Assembly (NCBI GenBank): GCA_900088475.1
Contig: FLMG01000171.1
Span: 1 to 64,000 of the forward strand
From: Hyphochytrium catenoides
Lineage: Eukaryota; Protista; Hyphochytriomycota
Direction of reading: 5' to 3'
DNA length: 64,000 bases
Shown: positions 1 through 13,954 of the stretch, piece by piece
Layout: every line of letters begins with the position of its first letter
How positions within the stretch are numbered: position 1 is the first letter of the stretch
Program-made: the position numbers and the translations under genes
Notes under the pieces: generated by a model
The model's database searches: none
The model's input: the letters and a program-made list of their open reading frames with translations, nothing else
What the model was told of the DNA's origin: nothing

Positions 1-26
1 AGAGAGAGAGAGAGAGAGAGAGAGAG
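1..26. repeat. (AG)n microsatellite, truncated by the window start
   Basis: Perfect AG dinucleotide run at the start of the window. Confidence 0.95.
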
Positions 27-494
27 CAGACGCAAGGAAGCTTGATGTTGAAAGTAGTGACGGAGGACCAGAAACATTAGTGAAACGCCCTAAACGGCCA
101 GAGCATCTCCAGGACTCCTTCCAAGGCATGATAATTTCGGCATGATGTCCATACCCAAGTATCAATTCCCCAAAAGAAGGGGTCGGTTTTGCTCAAAGAC
201 CTGTATAATAGGAAGGACACACTCTATCCTCGGCATCATGAAGTTGGCTTCGGATTGTATGGCAATCAATCATCAGAATCCGCAGCAGATGGTTTGAGCA
301 ACCTCTTTCATCGTCTTCGCTCCTCAGAAGACGGCGATGCTGCCCAGCCGTCAGTCATTAACGTAGTTCTCCAGAGATGTGCTAGGTCTCCAGAGGGATG
401 CAAGGGGAGACGGAGCACCTTCGATGAACGACCGAGGGTTAACAGTGGCCGCGGCGCACCGGTATCCGTAGGGTAGCTAGATTGGCAGGAAAAG

Positions 495-2829
495 ATGCTT
501 CCACGTGCGACGGCTGAAAGAGAGGTAAGTTGCTCGGGAACAGTGTGAGGTCTGTGGCTTCTATGGGACGATTGACTAATGCAGATTGTAGCGAGGGCAA
601 GAACTGGTGAATAAAGTGCTGGAAAGGGAAGAAGCCTTGGCTAAGCTCGATGACCTCTCATCGCTCCTGGAAGATCTGCCCAAGCGGCTCCGACACTCTG
701 TTATGGTAGAGTTCTTTCCACGTACTACCGAGCACAGTTTTCGGTCTTTTGCCTCCTTCCATATTGCATTCTTGCCTCTGCTATCACCGAAGACCGGACA
801 CATCTGTCTTCATCCCTGTCACACACTTTGCCAAGCTACTCAACACAGACAGCTACCATCTCTCCTTTCCTTCCTTCTGAGTCACTTCTCTGCTCCTACC
901 GTCTACTTGCCATCATCCGATCCGCCTAACAATTATTTGTACAGATTCCCATCAGCAGTAAGGCCTCAGTGCAAGGCGAAGTGATCAATACGAACCAGAT
1001 CCTTGTCAGGCTGGGGGAGGAGACTTTCGTCTGGAGATCTGCTCATCAGTGCCGAGACATCATCGAGAGAAGGAAGAAGGGTAGCTGAAACCTCCTTACC
1101 TTACTTTCTTCCCCATTGGGGCTTACAGTTCTTAGTCTCTTACTTCCCCAGCGGCGTCTGACAATCTGTGATCTCTCGTTCGCTTGAGTGAAGCTTTGTC
1201 CGTCGTTTTGCCCTTATGACAATGTGGGGCCAGTTCGTGTGAGCTCCTTCGCTCTATGTCATTGATGGTGCTCTGACCATCTGGCTAATGGATGGACGCA
1301 TCCTTCCTACACCTCTCCCTTCCTCCCACCTTTCAGCGTACGGAAAGGAGCTCTCAACGTACAAGGATGAATTAGAGGCCATCGACAAGTCTCTGCAGAA
1401 AGTGCGTAGTGTTTTTGCACTGAAGCAGGTAACCTCCCTCTTTTAGTCCCTTCTTTCTTCCTCATCGCATAACTGTTTCAAATGGCACTGCTTAGCAATA
1501 TGAAGAGGAAGATATCAGAGAGATCTACGAGGATTTGGATGCTGATGAAAAGTTCTGGGAACAACACGCAGGTGCGCTCAACTGCAGAGAAGTGATCAAG
1601 GACTCAATCTTGTCACGCACTCTGCAACTATGCTATAAGAGCCTCACACGCTAAAAACGGAGGGACCCGAACGCTCTCCGCGGCACCGAGGTTCACCGCA
1701 TCGATGGCACCCCTATGTCCGTCCTAAGCATCTCCTTTCTCCACGTAATTGCCGCGGTTTTGGCATGTAGCCCAGCGCCAGGAAGAAGAACAGAGCGAAA
1801 GTGAGGTAGAAGCACCAGCACCAGCGGTAAAATGCTATGTCCCCAAGCACGGGGCACTGGAGGTTCTCAGCTACCTTTCCTTAGGCACAGCAGGACGCCA
1901 TAGTGGATGTCCGCCGAAGATTGGAGGAACTGGAGCTGCTTGAGCTCCAGGAAGAGACGATAGATCAAGAGCTGGAGACAAGTAAGTAGTTGCTCAGCAG
2001 TGACTTCACGTCATTGAGACTTTGATGGCCCTAGCATTCCTCACTTACTCCTCCTCTCTCTGTTCCCCACTTGACGTGCGACGGAAAATCTGCATCTTAT
2101 CAGAAGCAAGTGACTCAACAGCAGCAGAGAGACTACCAGCAAACAAGGTTTGTCAGTCGGAAAGGAGCTGCCCATTCTACGGCTGTATGTTTTGACTCTC
2201 TCCATTATTAGATTTGAATTTAATGCACCTCCTTTTCCTAGTAAAGGCCCAGTATATGCATTAAAGAGTGTAACCTGTCGGCTCTTCTGTCTTTATAGAG
2301 CTCTAGGGGTTTCAAAGCAGGCTTCTTGCTAGGACCTAACCGGAAGGTTAAAGAGAGTTCGAAGGTTTCAACGCCAAAGTCCGCCCTGAAAAGCCCCAGA
2401 GAAAGGGAAGCAAGCAGCCGTGAAAAGACTCAAAAGAAGGTGCAGTTTGTGCAGACCGAAGACGATAACGCTGCTCAATCTTCGCCCAGAGCACAGGTAA
2501 GCCTGTAGAAGAACACCCGTTTCCTCGCACGCATCTCAGCGCAAGGGCAGGTAGTGGACGACGACCAGGAGGAATACTCGTCCTCGTCGACGTCATGGCT
2601 CGACGTTCCTATTCGTGATAGACAAGAGTCCAACTCTCCTTCTACTGCGCCAGCGTCTCCTGCTCCGATGGATGAAGTAAGAGTTACACCTGCACCCAAT
2701 CTCTAGCCAATTGTCTTTTACTAACAATTGGTCGATAACCTTCCGTGTATCTGTTAGGAACCCGTGCCTCCGAAGCGGGTGTCCCGTTTTAAGGCTCAGC
2801 AGCTTCAGAAGCGTCAAGCTCACAGCTGA
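495..2829 (+). CDS. URI1: URI/Bud27-like unconventional prefoldin RPB5 interactor (multi-exon)
   Basis: Exon 1 MLPRATAERE|gtaagt splices to RGQELVNKVLEREEALAKLDDL...HSVM, then IPISSKASVQGEVINTNQILVRLGEETFVWRSAHQCRDIIERRKK (alpha-prefoldin hairpin). This is followed by an acidic low-complexity middle and C-terminal KRVSRFKAQ (URI-box-like), with TGA at 2827-2829. Internal exon boundaries are approximate. Confidence 0.8.
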
Positions 2830-3981
2830 GATTTTACAATCCTAGCCTCTCGTCTCCTGTCAGGGCAATAGATGCTTCCCCTCTTTGCTTAACCCCTCTT
2901 TACCGACAAGAGATAGGAGAGCTATCGTGTTTGGAAAGGAAACACATAGGACAACAAGCAAAAACGAAGGAGGGCCGGAGTGGGGTGAGCGAGAGAGAAG
3001 AGAGAAGAAGCAATGGACCAGTAAAGCAAGCCTGTCAGTCCGTGTATAGGGCGTCAACCGCAGTAATGGCTAAGAGTCTATGCGCTGCCAAGGATGGAAG
3101 CCTGGGCACGAGTGATTTATGTTGATGTCATCAGCGGAAGGGTCTAAATAGTTCTATTCCTCGAGCTGATATCCCTATCTTCGTATAATACACTCGCCCA
3201 CGTCTAACGCGGTCTCCGAGCGCTAAGACATGCAGCGGCGGCCCTTTCACTTCAATTCGTGCGGGCAATGGCACCTCTCCCCCCACTGCCATAAGAAAAA
3301 GACGCGATCCTCAAGAGCAAGGTGTCTGCTTCAGGTAGCTATGTCTCCAGTTGTCCTGACAGTGGAGGGCAGTAACAGGCGCCCCTGCGCTTCAATGATT
3401 AGTCACGCGGTTGTCCGGGAAGCCAGAGGCAGCCACGAGCACATTCTCCTGAATCCTCAGGTGCTGGTGCTGTCTGTCTGTCTGGCCGCCTGTCTGACCT
3501 TTCAACAAGAGACAGAGCAAGATCATTCCCCTTACTCCTGGAGGAGCTCTGGACCTTATCTAAGAGTACAATAGGATCAGAGGGAGGAAGCATTTGTTGA
3601 AGATCAAGGAAGGTGGAAGTGAGCTGTTGACGGAGAGGAGAGCTGAGGCGCTAGGACAGCTGAGGCGCTAAGCGATAGCGGCAAGAGCGAGGCAGGAGCC
3701 AGCAGAAGGAATAAGAGAGAAAGGATTCTGCGCGCTGGGTGTGCTCTCTTGCACTCTACTAATAGCTGTGACCTTGAGAAGCGGAGAGAAAGCAGAGGCA
3801 AGACTCTGTTCAAGCGCATTGAGACATTCATTGATTGGACTTCACTATGCTTGGCGTCGTGAGGAAGGTTGCACTGACCACCAGGTAGCAAACCTTAAAA
3901 CGAACATCTGGACCGTTCAACCTCTTCTATCCTCTTCTAGTCCCTTACCCTTAGTCTGCCACTTCTCAAGAGTGCTTCCCT

Positions 3982-6900
3982 ATGTTTGGCAGCGCTCCTC
4001 GGAGCAATGGCGCTTTCCGCATTGGCACGAGAGCTTTCTCCTCGTCATCCGCACTGGGAGAGGGAGAGGGAAAGCTGAACAAGTGGAGCTCAAAGATCAC
4101 TCAACCCAAGGCCCAAGGAGCTTCACAGGCGATGCTCTACGCCACAGGACTATCCGAGGCTGACATGAGTGCGTTCTTCTCCTACTTGACCTCTACTCTA
4201 GCTCTCTAGTTGTTGGAAACCTTCAATTACTATCTGTTCGCCTCAAAGCGATATTCTATGGATGCGTTGGCCCCGTCTCCACCTGCTCTGCTGCCATAGC
4301 TGGTGATAAAGGCTATAGTATGCTCTTTTGATAGACGTGGCTCTAGTATGTTACTTTCTTGGAATTGCTCATTCACTACTTCTAGACAAGGCGCAGGTGG
4401 GCATCGCTAGTGTCTGGTGGGAGGGCAATCCTTGCAACATGCATCTTCTGGACCTCTCTGGGCGTGTCAAGCAGAGTGTGCAGCAGGCGGGACTCATTGG
4501 GTACAGGTTCAACACAGTGGGAGTCAGTGACGGCATCAGCATGGGGACTAGGGGAATGAGCTACTCTTTACAGGTTGGCAGCATCAAGTATCTATCTTCC
4601 ATAGTGCAACGATTCTTAAGAGTCCATGTTCTCTTCTTGTCCAAGTCGCCATCTCCCGTAACCTCATATCTACTTCCTCCGCTATCACCTCTTCCCTATG
4701 TGTTGGGTTCCTACTCGCTCGTCTCTCTCGTAAGAGGGAATGAGGACGTGGGCCTCTGGCCTGCAGTGTCCCCCATGTCCACGTAACTTAAAAACTTAGA
4801 CTTCTTCTGCGTCTAACGGACTGTCTCTTCTTCCTCTATCCTTGCATCTCCATCTCTCCTCCGCAGTCCCGAGAGATAATAGCCGACTCCATCGAGACAG
4901 TAATGGGCGGCCAGTGGTATGACGGCCTAATCTGTATTCCGGGCTGCGATAAGAATATGCCCGGCTGCGTTATCGCCATGGCTCGGGTAAATCGTCCATC
5001 GATCGTGGTGTACGGTGGCACAATCAAGCCTGGTTGCGACAGCAAGGGAAAGACGCTAGACATTGTGTCGGCGTTCCAGAGCTATGGTGAATATATTGCA
5101 GGGAGGTACGGACGAGATTTCATTTTTACCTGCTAGCAACAGTTCTGAGCGTCCAAGGGTGGGATTCTTTTTCAGTAGAGCACTTGCTTTCTTTTTGGTT
5201 TGTCTGGCATCTGTGTGCCATGTCGTTTAGGATGTTTCGCTGATGTAGGGCGACCTGGAGCCCATAGTCTATCATTCTCCTCCTTGATGCAATGCTTCCA
5301 TCACCTCTCCACTACCTAACACCAATGCTCCCACAAATACTAGAATCACAGAGGAGGAGCGGCAGGACATCGTTCGCCATGCTTGTCCTGGTGCCGGAGC
5401 CTGTGGGGGCATGTACACGGCAAACACGATGAGCTCCGCCATCGAGGCGATGGGTCTCTCTCTTCCGTACAGTAGCAGTGCCCCAGCGGTCGATATGGAT
5501 AAAGAGGAAGAATGTGAAAGAGTAGGAAAGGCAATCAAGAACATTCTGGAGAAGGACATCAAACCCTCGGATATTATGACCCGAGAGGCTTTTGAAAATG
5601 CGATGGTATGCCCGCCTCGGCCTCGGGCTCATCAACTCAAACTGAGTGCCCCTCCCGTGTTTACATGATATAAGCTTGACCAAGGGCTGACTCATTATGA
5701 GGCCAGAGTCTCAGGCCCTTATAGTCTTGTGTCTTCTCAGTAGCTTGCCCTTTCTCATTACGATATGGCCCATTTCTATCTGGTTCTGTAGGTCCTAACG
5801 ATGGCGCTGGGCGGCTCTACCAACGCTGTATTGCATCTGCTTGCTATGGCAAAGGCTGTCAACGTCCCGCTAACCATTGATGATTTCCAAGAGGTTAGCA
5901 ACCGTGTGCCATTCATCGCAGACCTCAAGCCTAGCGGGATGTATGTCATGGAGGATCTGCACCGGTATGTCACTTAGTGAAAGTAGAAAGCGTTAAGACT
6001 GTTTGGTCTCGGAGTTCTATATTCACTATGTTTACCTGTAGTGTGCCAAGCGCACTCTTTGCTTGCAGCTTTCGGTCTCGAACCAAACTAAGAAACCTCC
6101 GCACTTTCGTCCTCTCCCACCAGCGACGGAGGCACGCCTGCCGTGATGAAGTATCTTCTCGAGGAAGGATTCCTCCATGGTGATTGCATAACTGTCACTG
6201 GGCACACTGTAGCAGAGAACCTGGCGTCTGTTCCGCCACTGAAGTCGCGGAAGATCATCCACGAACTCAAGAACCCCATCAAGCCTACTGGACACATTGC
6301 CATTCTCAAGGTTAGACATTCAAGAGATAGAGCCAAGGATAAAAGACGATTGAGATCTTGCTTTGGACGACGGATTGAGCTTGGCCGAAAATTTAACTTC
6401 ATTCTTGTCTTAGGGCTCTCTGGCTCCAGATGGCGCTGTAGCTAAGATTACAGGGAAGGAGGGCCTTAGATTTGAAGGGCCAGCGAAAGTGTTTGACTGT
6501 GAAGAAGACATGCTGAAGGGTTTGGAACAGGGCGAGATCAAGAAGGGCCAGGTCATCATTATCAGATACGAGGGACCTAAGGGAGGTCCTGGGATGCCTG
6601 AGATGCGTAAGTGCATTTCCCTTCGATTCGATGTCTAGTCGGTCTTCTTTATTGTGGGCCCGTCGCTACTAAGTCAAAACGTGAGGGATGTGACTAGAGA
6701 TGAGAAGAAATGAGAGATTAAGAGCTGGAGCTGGGAAGATAAGTGCGAGCTGTCCTAGGAGTATGACGTCTGGACGAAGAGACAAAGTGCGCAGACGGTC
6801 GCTAACGCTCACTTCTAGTGACGCCAACCTCCGCCATCATGGGGGCTGGTCTAGGCAAGGATGTCGCCCTGTTGACTGATGGGCGCTTCTCAGGAGGATC

Positions 6901-7310
6901 TCACGGTAAAGCCATCCCCCCATGTGACTGACTTCGGCCGTTTAAGGACCTCTTTTCATCCCCGCTCCTTTTGAGTCCTCGGGCATCATTCACTCATCTT
7001 TCATTTATATAACGCCTCTCCTATGGCATCTGCTTTGGTGGTCCTCTAAGCCCCTCCTGTCATAGGATTCATCATCGGCCATGTGACCCCTGAAGCGCAA
7101 GAAGGCGGGCCTATCGCCTTTGTGAAGGACGGAGATAACGTCATTATCGACGCAGAGACGAACCGGATTGACGTCGAGATCAGTGCGGATGAATTAAAGA
7201 AGAGAAGGGCGAAGTGGACTCCTCCGCCTCTGAAGGCTACCAGAGGAACTCTGTACAAGTTTATCAAGAATGTGAGCTCAGCTTCCGAGGGCTGTGTAAC
7301 CGATGCTTAA
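3982..7310 (+). CDS. ILV3: Dihydroxy-acid dehydratase (IlvD/Ilv3), probably mitochondrial; 9 exons
   Basis: Motifs [85 protein letters not shown]. The Arg/Ser-rich N-terminus ([22 protein letters not shown]) resembles a mitochondrial presequence. Confidence 0.96.
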
Positions 7311-7552
7311 GATAGAGAACTAGAGCTCCAAGAAGGCAAAACGTTGAAAGAGACAAGACAGAAATATAGAGGGCAGTTCACTCTGCTGGAGGTCGGGGCA
7401 TTCTCTGTGCTATTTCTCGACCGGACCATCTGCAGCAGCGAAGAAGAATAAATGGTGCTTCTGGACGAGAATACGGGTCCATTGGTCTATTAGTAACTAA
7501 AATAGATGCCCCTAATATTCCAGTAAGTATAACATAACAACACAGCGTAGCC

Positions 7553-10438
7553 TCATGATGACCCTCGATCTCTGCTACCATCCTGATCCTGCAGAAAGAC
7601 GTGGGTAAGCTGTAAGAAACCAAGAGAATAAGCGACACGATCTCTCTAAAGCCGGTAATTAGCAAGAAGAGGACCAACTTCGACCATAGCAGGACGATGA
7701 AGAGTGTGGCCATGAGAATTTCATACCTTATCTCCCGCATAAAACTCAGCGTCATGCTCTCTCTGTTTATGCCTATCTGACTCTATAAGCGAGATGTAAC
7801 GTGTCAGAAGTGAAGCACAAGGAATGGGCTAGGTAGGGGTTGTGAAGTTTACTAATGGACGCTAAGGAGCTATGGAGGGCAACAAAAGGGGAGGTCCGAC
7901 AGCCCGGGATACATACTTTCCGATCTATCGTCTGGATTCTTTTTATCTTCATCTTCCTCAGCAATCATAGCGTCTGGGGGTACCTGGAGACGGACGAGGA
8001 TGAATAATGGATCAGCTGATTTGTGCCAGTGTACCTCTCCACAGTAGTTACACTTTACCATCTGCATCTGCACACTAGGCGCTCCCTGGAGACATCTTAA
8101 GTTCTCAAATATCTTCACTCTGTGCGCCATACGAGCCAAGCAAGACAAGAAATATGTTAAGGAAACTGCTACGTAGGCGTCAAAGGGTCGGGTTGCATGC
8201 GTGTCAATCCAGCCCAGCGAATAAAGGAGGACTAAGGCCAAAGAAGGAAAGGCTAACATCTCCATCTCTAGTGGTCTCACTTCTGTTTCTCTAGGTACTC
8301 TTTGACATTCAAATTCTCGACATTGGCGGGTTGTAAATGTAGTTTAAAGTCCGGTGAGTAGTACTCAAAGTAATCGTTGTAGGGAATGTCGTCGCTAAGA
8401 GTAGAAGAAGCACCTAAGTTAGTCCCAATGACGGAACATTGATCACAAAAACAAGTGCGCAGCCAGACGTCCACCGTAGGAGCACAAGCATTAGGTTCGT
8501 AGATAACTCTTCTCTGTAAACGTGAAGGAATGAGAAAGAGTCAAGAAGCTCTACCTGATGGGCGTGTTTAACAGCACGGAAGTCTCATAAGCCCAGCAAC
8601 GCGCAACGTTACGTATGGTGTAGCCGCCTCCACCCAACACCAGCAAAGGAAGCCCGAAGCTCTTTACGAACTTCACTGCTTCAGCGTGACCTTTCGGGAT
8701 AAGGGGAGTGGGAAGAATTTAGACGGGGAGCAAGGCTTGGTTTGGAGGCGTGGCACTTACCCTTTAGCGTAAGGTTGAAGCATCCTAACCGGTCTCCAGT
8801 CAGCGAGTCGGCTCCACACTGGAGAACGACGGCATTGGGCTGGAAAACGTCCATAACTTTGGATATTACCTGAGAAATGTGTACAAGGAAGAGCAGAGAT
8901 GACCACAGAGAAGGACAACCACCGCAGAAGTTATCAAGCGAAAACATGCCAGCATTATTTGTTATAAGTGAATAGGACGGAGGGAAAGAGTGTGGAAGGT
9001 GAGATAGAGAGCCCTACTGCGCAATGAATGCTCGTAGGCTAGCAAAGGTGCAGCCCAACAGGGTGATAGGACTTACTGGCTTGAAGATGCTCTGAAAAGA
9101 CTTGTCGTCCATTCCCTCCAACAGTGGGCAGTTCACTGCGTAGTACTTGCCTTTCTTTGCGCCAACATCCTACAAAGAAGATTCTTTAGGGCATCATTAT
9201 CACCACCAAAGTGGCCCCTTCCACACTCCGCTGCCTCCTATTAACCATGCCCGGCGCTCGTATGGACGGTCCTCTCTATTTAGTGATATCTGCCTCTCCT
9301 ACGCGCCTCTAAAGGGGTCCAGCCTCATTAATCCTTTTGCAGTTCTTGATCACGCACCTTGACATCTCCAGTGCCTGGGAAGAAGTCGCCAAACTGAAAG
9401 AAAATAGAGATTATTGGGTTAATGCCGGTCTCAGAAATTAGAGCCTTAGCCCATCGCCCTGCACCTTATCTCACCCACCTTGTGAAAAGAAACTGTCATT
9501 ACTCTGTCCGTCACATAGAAAGCTTCCTCTACACCATCGCCATGGTGGATATCGATGTCAATGTAAAGCACTCTCGCATGGTACTTCAAGAGCTCAAGAA
9601 TGGCCAGCACTATGTCATTGACGTAACAAAACCCTGAGGCCTCGCATTTCTTGGCGTGATGTAACCCTCCGGACCAGTTTATGCAGATGTCAGCCAGCCC
9701 ATGATTCAGCTTGACAGCGCCATCTATAAGGTGTGAACGGGGAACATCGTAAGGATAAGAGCTATGACGGCCCCTAATCCACATCCTTCATGGCAATCTC
9801 AAGCCAGAGTTCCTACCCCTTTCCCTACAACCCGAATATATGTCAGCTTCCATACTACGCTCCAAGTTCTCCTCAGCTCATTTCTCCCAAGAGTCCACTA
9901 ACCTATAGACGCTCCTGTGTACGTCTGGCAAAACTCAAACAGTCCATCAAAAACTGGACAGTCGGTATATTCTCCAATGTTGACTGTGCAGAGATGTGTC
10001 ATTGGTCTGATAAAGAACGAAAATGACAGGCAAACGACGCCACGTACACTTTTGCATTTTGTCTTGAAACTCTTTCATTGTGTCTGGGCTTATCTTCTCT
10101 AGAAACCGGATGTAATCTTCTGAGTGGAACTTTGTCATCTCTTCTGCGGTCGCTGCATGAGACCGCTGTGACCACCGAAAGAGTCAAAGACTTGTCTGAT
10201 TGAGCAGAGTAAGCGTCCCCAAACACTTACATAAACTTCCATTTTTCTATAGAGTCCATAAGTGAGAAGCAGATGGTGTGTCAACTTCAGTCGATGCGGT
10301 TTCATGGGGTGGCCGGGGCCATAGTAGTAGTTTCCGACATCGCCTAGGGGTTCCAATGTTAGTTGTCAAGACCGAGCTACTATCCCGGAGAGCACGTTAC
10401 AAACCTTGATAAAAATAGGCCACTCTTTGCTTGCTCAT
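7553..10438 (-). CDS. Class I histone deacetylase (RPD3 family, HDAC3/HDA9-like), multi-exon
   Basis: [10 protein letters not shown].., [73 protein letters not shown]. The short acidic tail ([11 protein letters not shown]..) ends at TGA 7553-7555. Confidence 0.95.
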
Positions 10439-11288
10439 CCTTTTATCCTATAATTTAGGTTATGAATCGGGCAACTATGGGCTAAGTGCGGAAGCAGACA
10501 ACACTAGTCGAGTACATGCACCGCCCAGGGACCTAACGAGAGGTAATCTTCCTTGACTGCAGTCCAGAAAGGCCTTCGAACCTTCGGACCTGACTAGCCT
10601 CTGTCACAGTTGCTGTTGGCTAGTACACTTAGCAGCCCATACCTCCAGAACAAACCCGCTGTAGATATAAACAAGCGAGGAACTAGTGTCCTACTGATGA
10701 TCGATGCTTCATCATCAATGAGAGTCTCTAGACGGTCATCAAACCGCTGGACAAATCCAGGTCTTCTGCAGACCGATGCTGCCATGCCGCCATCTCCATC
10801 TGCAATTTTGGAGGGAAGAAAGTGATTAATCTCTGTAGCTTCAATAGTTACCGAGAAACTCTATAAAATCAGTAATCAAATAAATGATAACCGAATCGTT
10901 GATAACCAACGCTCCTCCGACAAGGCCGTTACAACGAAGTCATCATCTCATTCCTTTCGTGCTGTCCTCAGCTGGCTCTGGACAGCTCCTCCCTGTCGGC
11001 AGCAGTGAGGCGACAGGCGCTCACCGTCATAAGAAGACCTATAATAATGGTCATCAAGATCAGCTCTACCATTGAATGCAAAGCAGCAATCCTCTTGGTA
11101 ACCATCATTTTGCCCTGTTGAGAGCCTTGTGTGCACTCGGCCAGCTATCCGACTGCAGGTGAAGATCAAGAGCTTTGTCCTACTGACAATTGGCCCGCCA
11201 GCCAGTTGACCCAGTGCAGAGCCAATGATCTTTCGAAAGGTAGTTTAGGGAAAGGAAGAGACCGATTAGAAGCGGGCTGCGAGGCCCG

Positions 11289-13569
11289 ATGGAGTCTTCG
11301 GAGCAGGGCTTAAGAGAAGAGCTCGTCCCTGGTAGCGGCGTGTATCGGGGAACGACCCTTGTGAAGGACTTTGAGGGACACGGACGATTTCGTGGTATTA
11401 TTACTTCGTACTGCGCGCCTTTCTTTCGGGTGGAGTATCCAGAAGATGGGGATGTTGAAGACTTGGAGCTGCAGGATGTGCTCGCACTGCTGGTGGGAGG
11501 AGAGCAGCGCCGGGACGTTGAACAAAGAGCCGAGGGAACCCTCCACTATGAGGAAAGGGTGGATCCACCAGCGCTCGCGGAGAAGAATCAGGTGGAGGTG
11601 GATAAGCTGCAACTGCTTAAAAAAGAAGAACCTGGACAGGCTGAGGGGTACGAGTACGAGGAGGACTATTTTGAGGAGAATACCTCAGAAACGGGGGATA
11701 AGGAGGGATCTACACCATTTCCCTCCAACCCACTCAGCGGTGGCTCTTTAGCTCAGGATCCTCATGAACGACAAAATGAACCGGTTCAGATAGAGCTGAG
11801 TGAAGGGGAGAATGTTCATTGTGGCAGGACGGTGGAACCCACGAATTACTCCGAGGCCTGCAGATCGGAAGCTGGAACAAGTGAACCAAGCCATCGTACA
11901 TCGACAAACGGGCCCTCCCATTCTCTTCCCCTCTTCGGCTCTGTCAAGATGGACAACATAGCCTTAGGAGAGACAGCGAAGCCACTTCCATCTCCTCCAA
12001 AGCCTGCGCAAGCATCTGAGCAGCTTCAAGACCTTCTCCATTCCCTATTTCCTCAGTCATCTAGTGTGCCGAAGCAACGGAAGGTGTATCACACTTCGCC
12101 AGGACGGAGCATGCCTCCAGCTCTTCCGCCTAGTCCAAAGAGGGAGCCCATGTCCCACCTGAAAGTGGGAAAAGAGCGCGGGCGGCCCAAAGCAAACCCC
12201 GAGAAAGATCTGTACGTTAATGTGTCCTGCTTCGTTGCTATATCAGGGGCTTTTCTGAGACTCAGGTGTCATGGCATCTTCTTCTTCGCTTCCTCTGTTT
12301 CTTTCCCTTAATCAACTCTATCAGGCTGTCCTGCCGTCTGTCTTTCTGACGCTATCTCTTCTCTAGGCCCAGCTTCGATAAGGTGGAGCCCCGTCCTCCA
12401 TCCTTCCCCGCGCTTATCGTTCCTGGTGGACAGGAGGACTGGAAGGCTAGAATGAATGTTCATCGGGCACCGCGTAGCCCACCCCCAAAGAACAAAGAAG
12501 TCTCCAAGCCCAGCCATCAGCCCCATAAGCTTGCTGAGGGAAACGTCGCGGAGGAGGAATTAGCTGGAGGGCCGGATGAGACGACAAATCCGAACCAATC
12601 AGGAAATAAGAAACAAGATCTTGGCGGCCCTACTCTTCTTTCTCTGCGGTACCCTGGGAAGCTACATGAGAGCACCTTGATGGTGTTAGAGAAAGTGGCG
12701 GACTATATGGACAGACACCACATCCGCCTAATCGACCTATTCAATGGCTCAGAGCACTTCGCTTCCACTTCCCTTAGTGCTCAGGAGTTTAGAAGGCAGC
12801 TGAGGTTGCGCATCGGTCTTCATCTCTCCATGAGAGAGGTGAGACGCTTCCCCTTCAATGCACCTTGTCCTTAAAGAGTCCTTTTATCTTTTCCTTTTAC
12901 CATTCTCACGGTTCCTGAGGAGGGAGGATCAACACGATAACCGTCATCACTTCTAAGATGAGTTTTTGGTCCCATCCTTGCCTTACGCAGGTGTATGAGA
13001 TAGTCCAGCTGTTAGACACTAATGGAGACGGAGATGTTGAGATGAAGGAGCTGGAGGTAAGTCAAACACCGACATACCTAGGGTAGGCAAGACATTATTA
13101 AGCTTCTGATGGAAACGACACAAGGAAGCTGCCTAAGACATGCATTAGAGTGGTCTTATTAGTTCTTGGTCTTTCCCACAAGCAACTTCCTTCCTTTGGT
13201 GTCGTAGCTGCCTCTCGTGTCACTCACTCATAATGCCTACTTAGTCTGACGCGTTCACTGTCTCAGATCGCTGTTCGAGAGATGCGCCGTAGAGCGAACG
13301 GTCGTGAGCAGATGAGCTCATTCCAGCAGCTAGCATACGACAGCTTGCAGCAGAAAGTCAGTCGAAAGTATGAGCTTATCTTGGGAATGTGCCAGACACT
13401 TTGCGATGAGAACGGGGCCTTCGATGTCCAATCCTTCCAAAAAGGTCTAAAGACGTGCGGTGCCGGTCTCTCAGACAGGGAAATCAAGGCGTTCACCAAA
13501 ATGCTGGACCCAGCGCACAAAGGCCTGATTGAGCTGAACACCATTAAAAACTGCGTTGTCTTTAGATGA
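11289..13569 (+). CDS. Uncharacterised protein: N-terminal Tudor-like domain, long disordered linker, C-terminal EF-hands (about 4 exons)
   Basis: The N-terminal GTTLVKDFEGHGRFRGIITSY..FFRVEYPEDGDVEDL resembles PTM/DIR17-type Tudor-like domains. There is an EF loop LDTNGDGDVEMKEL at about 13015-13055 and degenerate EF pairs in the last exon. Confidence 0.7.
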
Positions 13570-13954
13570 CAGTGGATGCCACTGTCCTCTCCATCGCCCC
13601 TTGCTTGTTTGTTTCCTATTTATTTGCTATTGCAATGTCTGGCGGCACTCTCTTTCCTTACTCCATAGCAGCTTCCGCAGACCAACGCTCGAAATAGATT
13701 CTTTTGAAAGCCCCCACCAAGGCTTTACAGAGCCTACGCCAACAGTCACTTTGACTTCGCGTGCCGTCTGCTCTGATAGTACGGCGATTTGCCCGCATCA
13801 GATCCAGTTGAGGAGAGGAGCAAAAGTGCGGCCCCTTTTCCCTCCACCTGGAACACTTGTATAGAGACCAGCCCATGGCACAGGACAGGCTAGTTAGCTT
13901 GATATATTGAAAAATACATAGTTCCTCATCTTTGTTCTTTCCTATACCTCTTTC

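Noticed and set aside
1-480. Possible minus-strand exon(s) or ORF 189..476
   Set aside because: Splice-like signals exist but I could not build a recognisable protein.
2860-3900. Short ORFs between URI and ILV3, and similar GA-rich ORFs at 19454-19820
   Set aside because: GA/CT-rich low-complexity intergenic sequence with no motifs.
3982-7310. IlvD/Edd-family dehydratase as the missing galactonate or Entner-Doudoroff dehydratase partnering DgoK-DgoA
   Set aside because: The motifs are those of typical eukaryotic Ilv3 (branched-chain amino-acid synthesis), and it lies 20 kb away with unrelated genes between; there is no evidence of a cluster.
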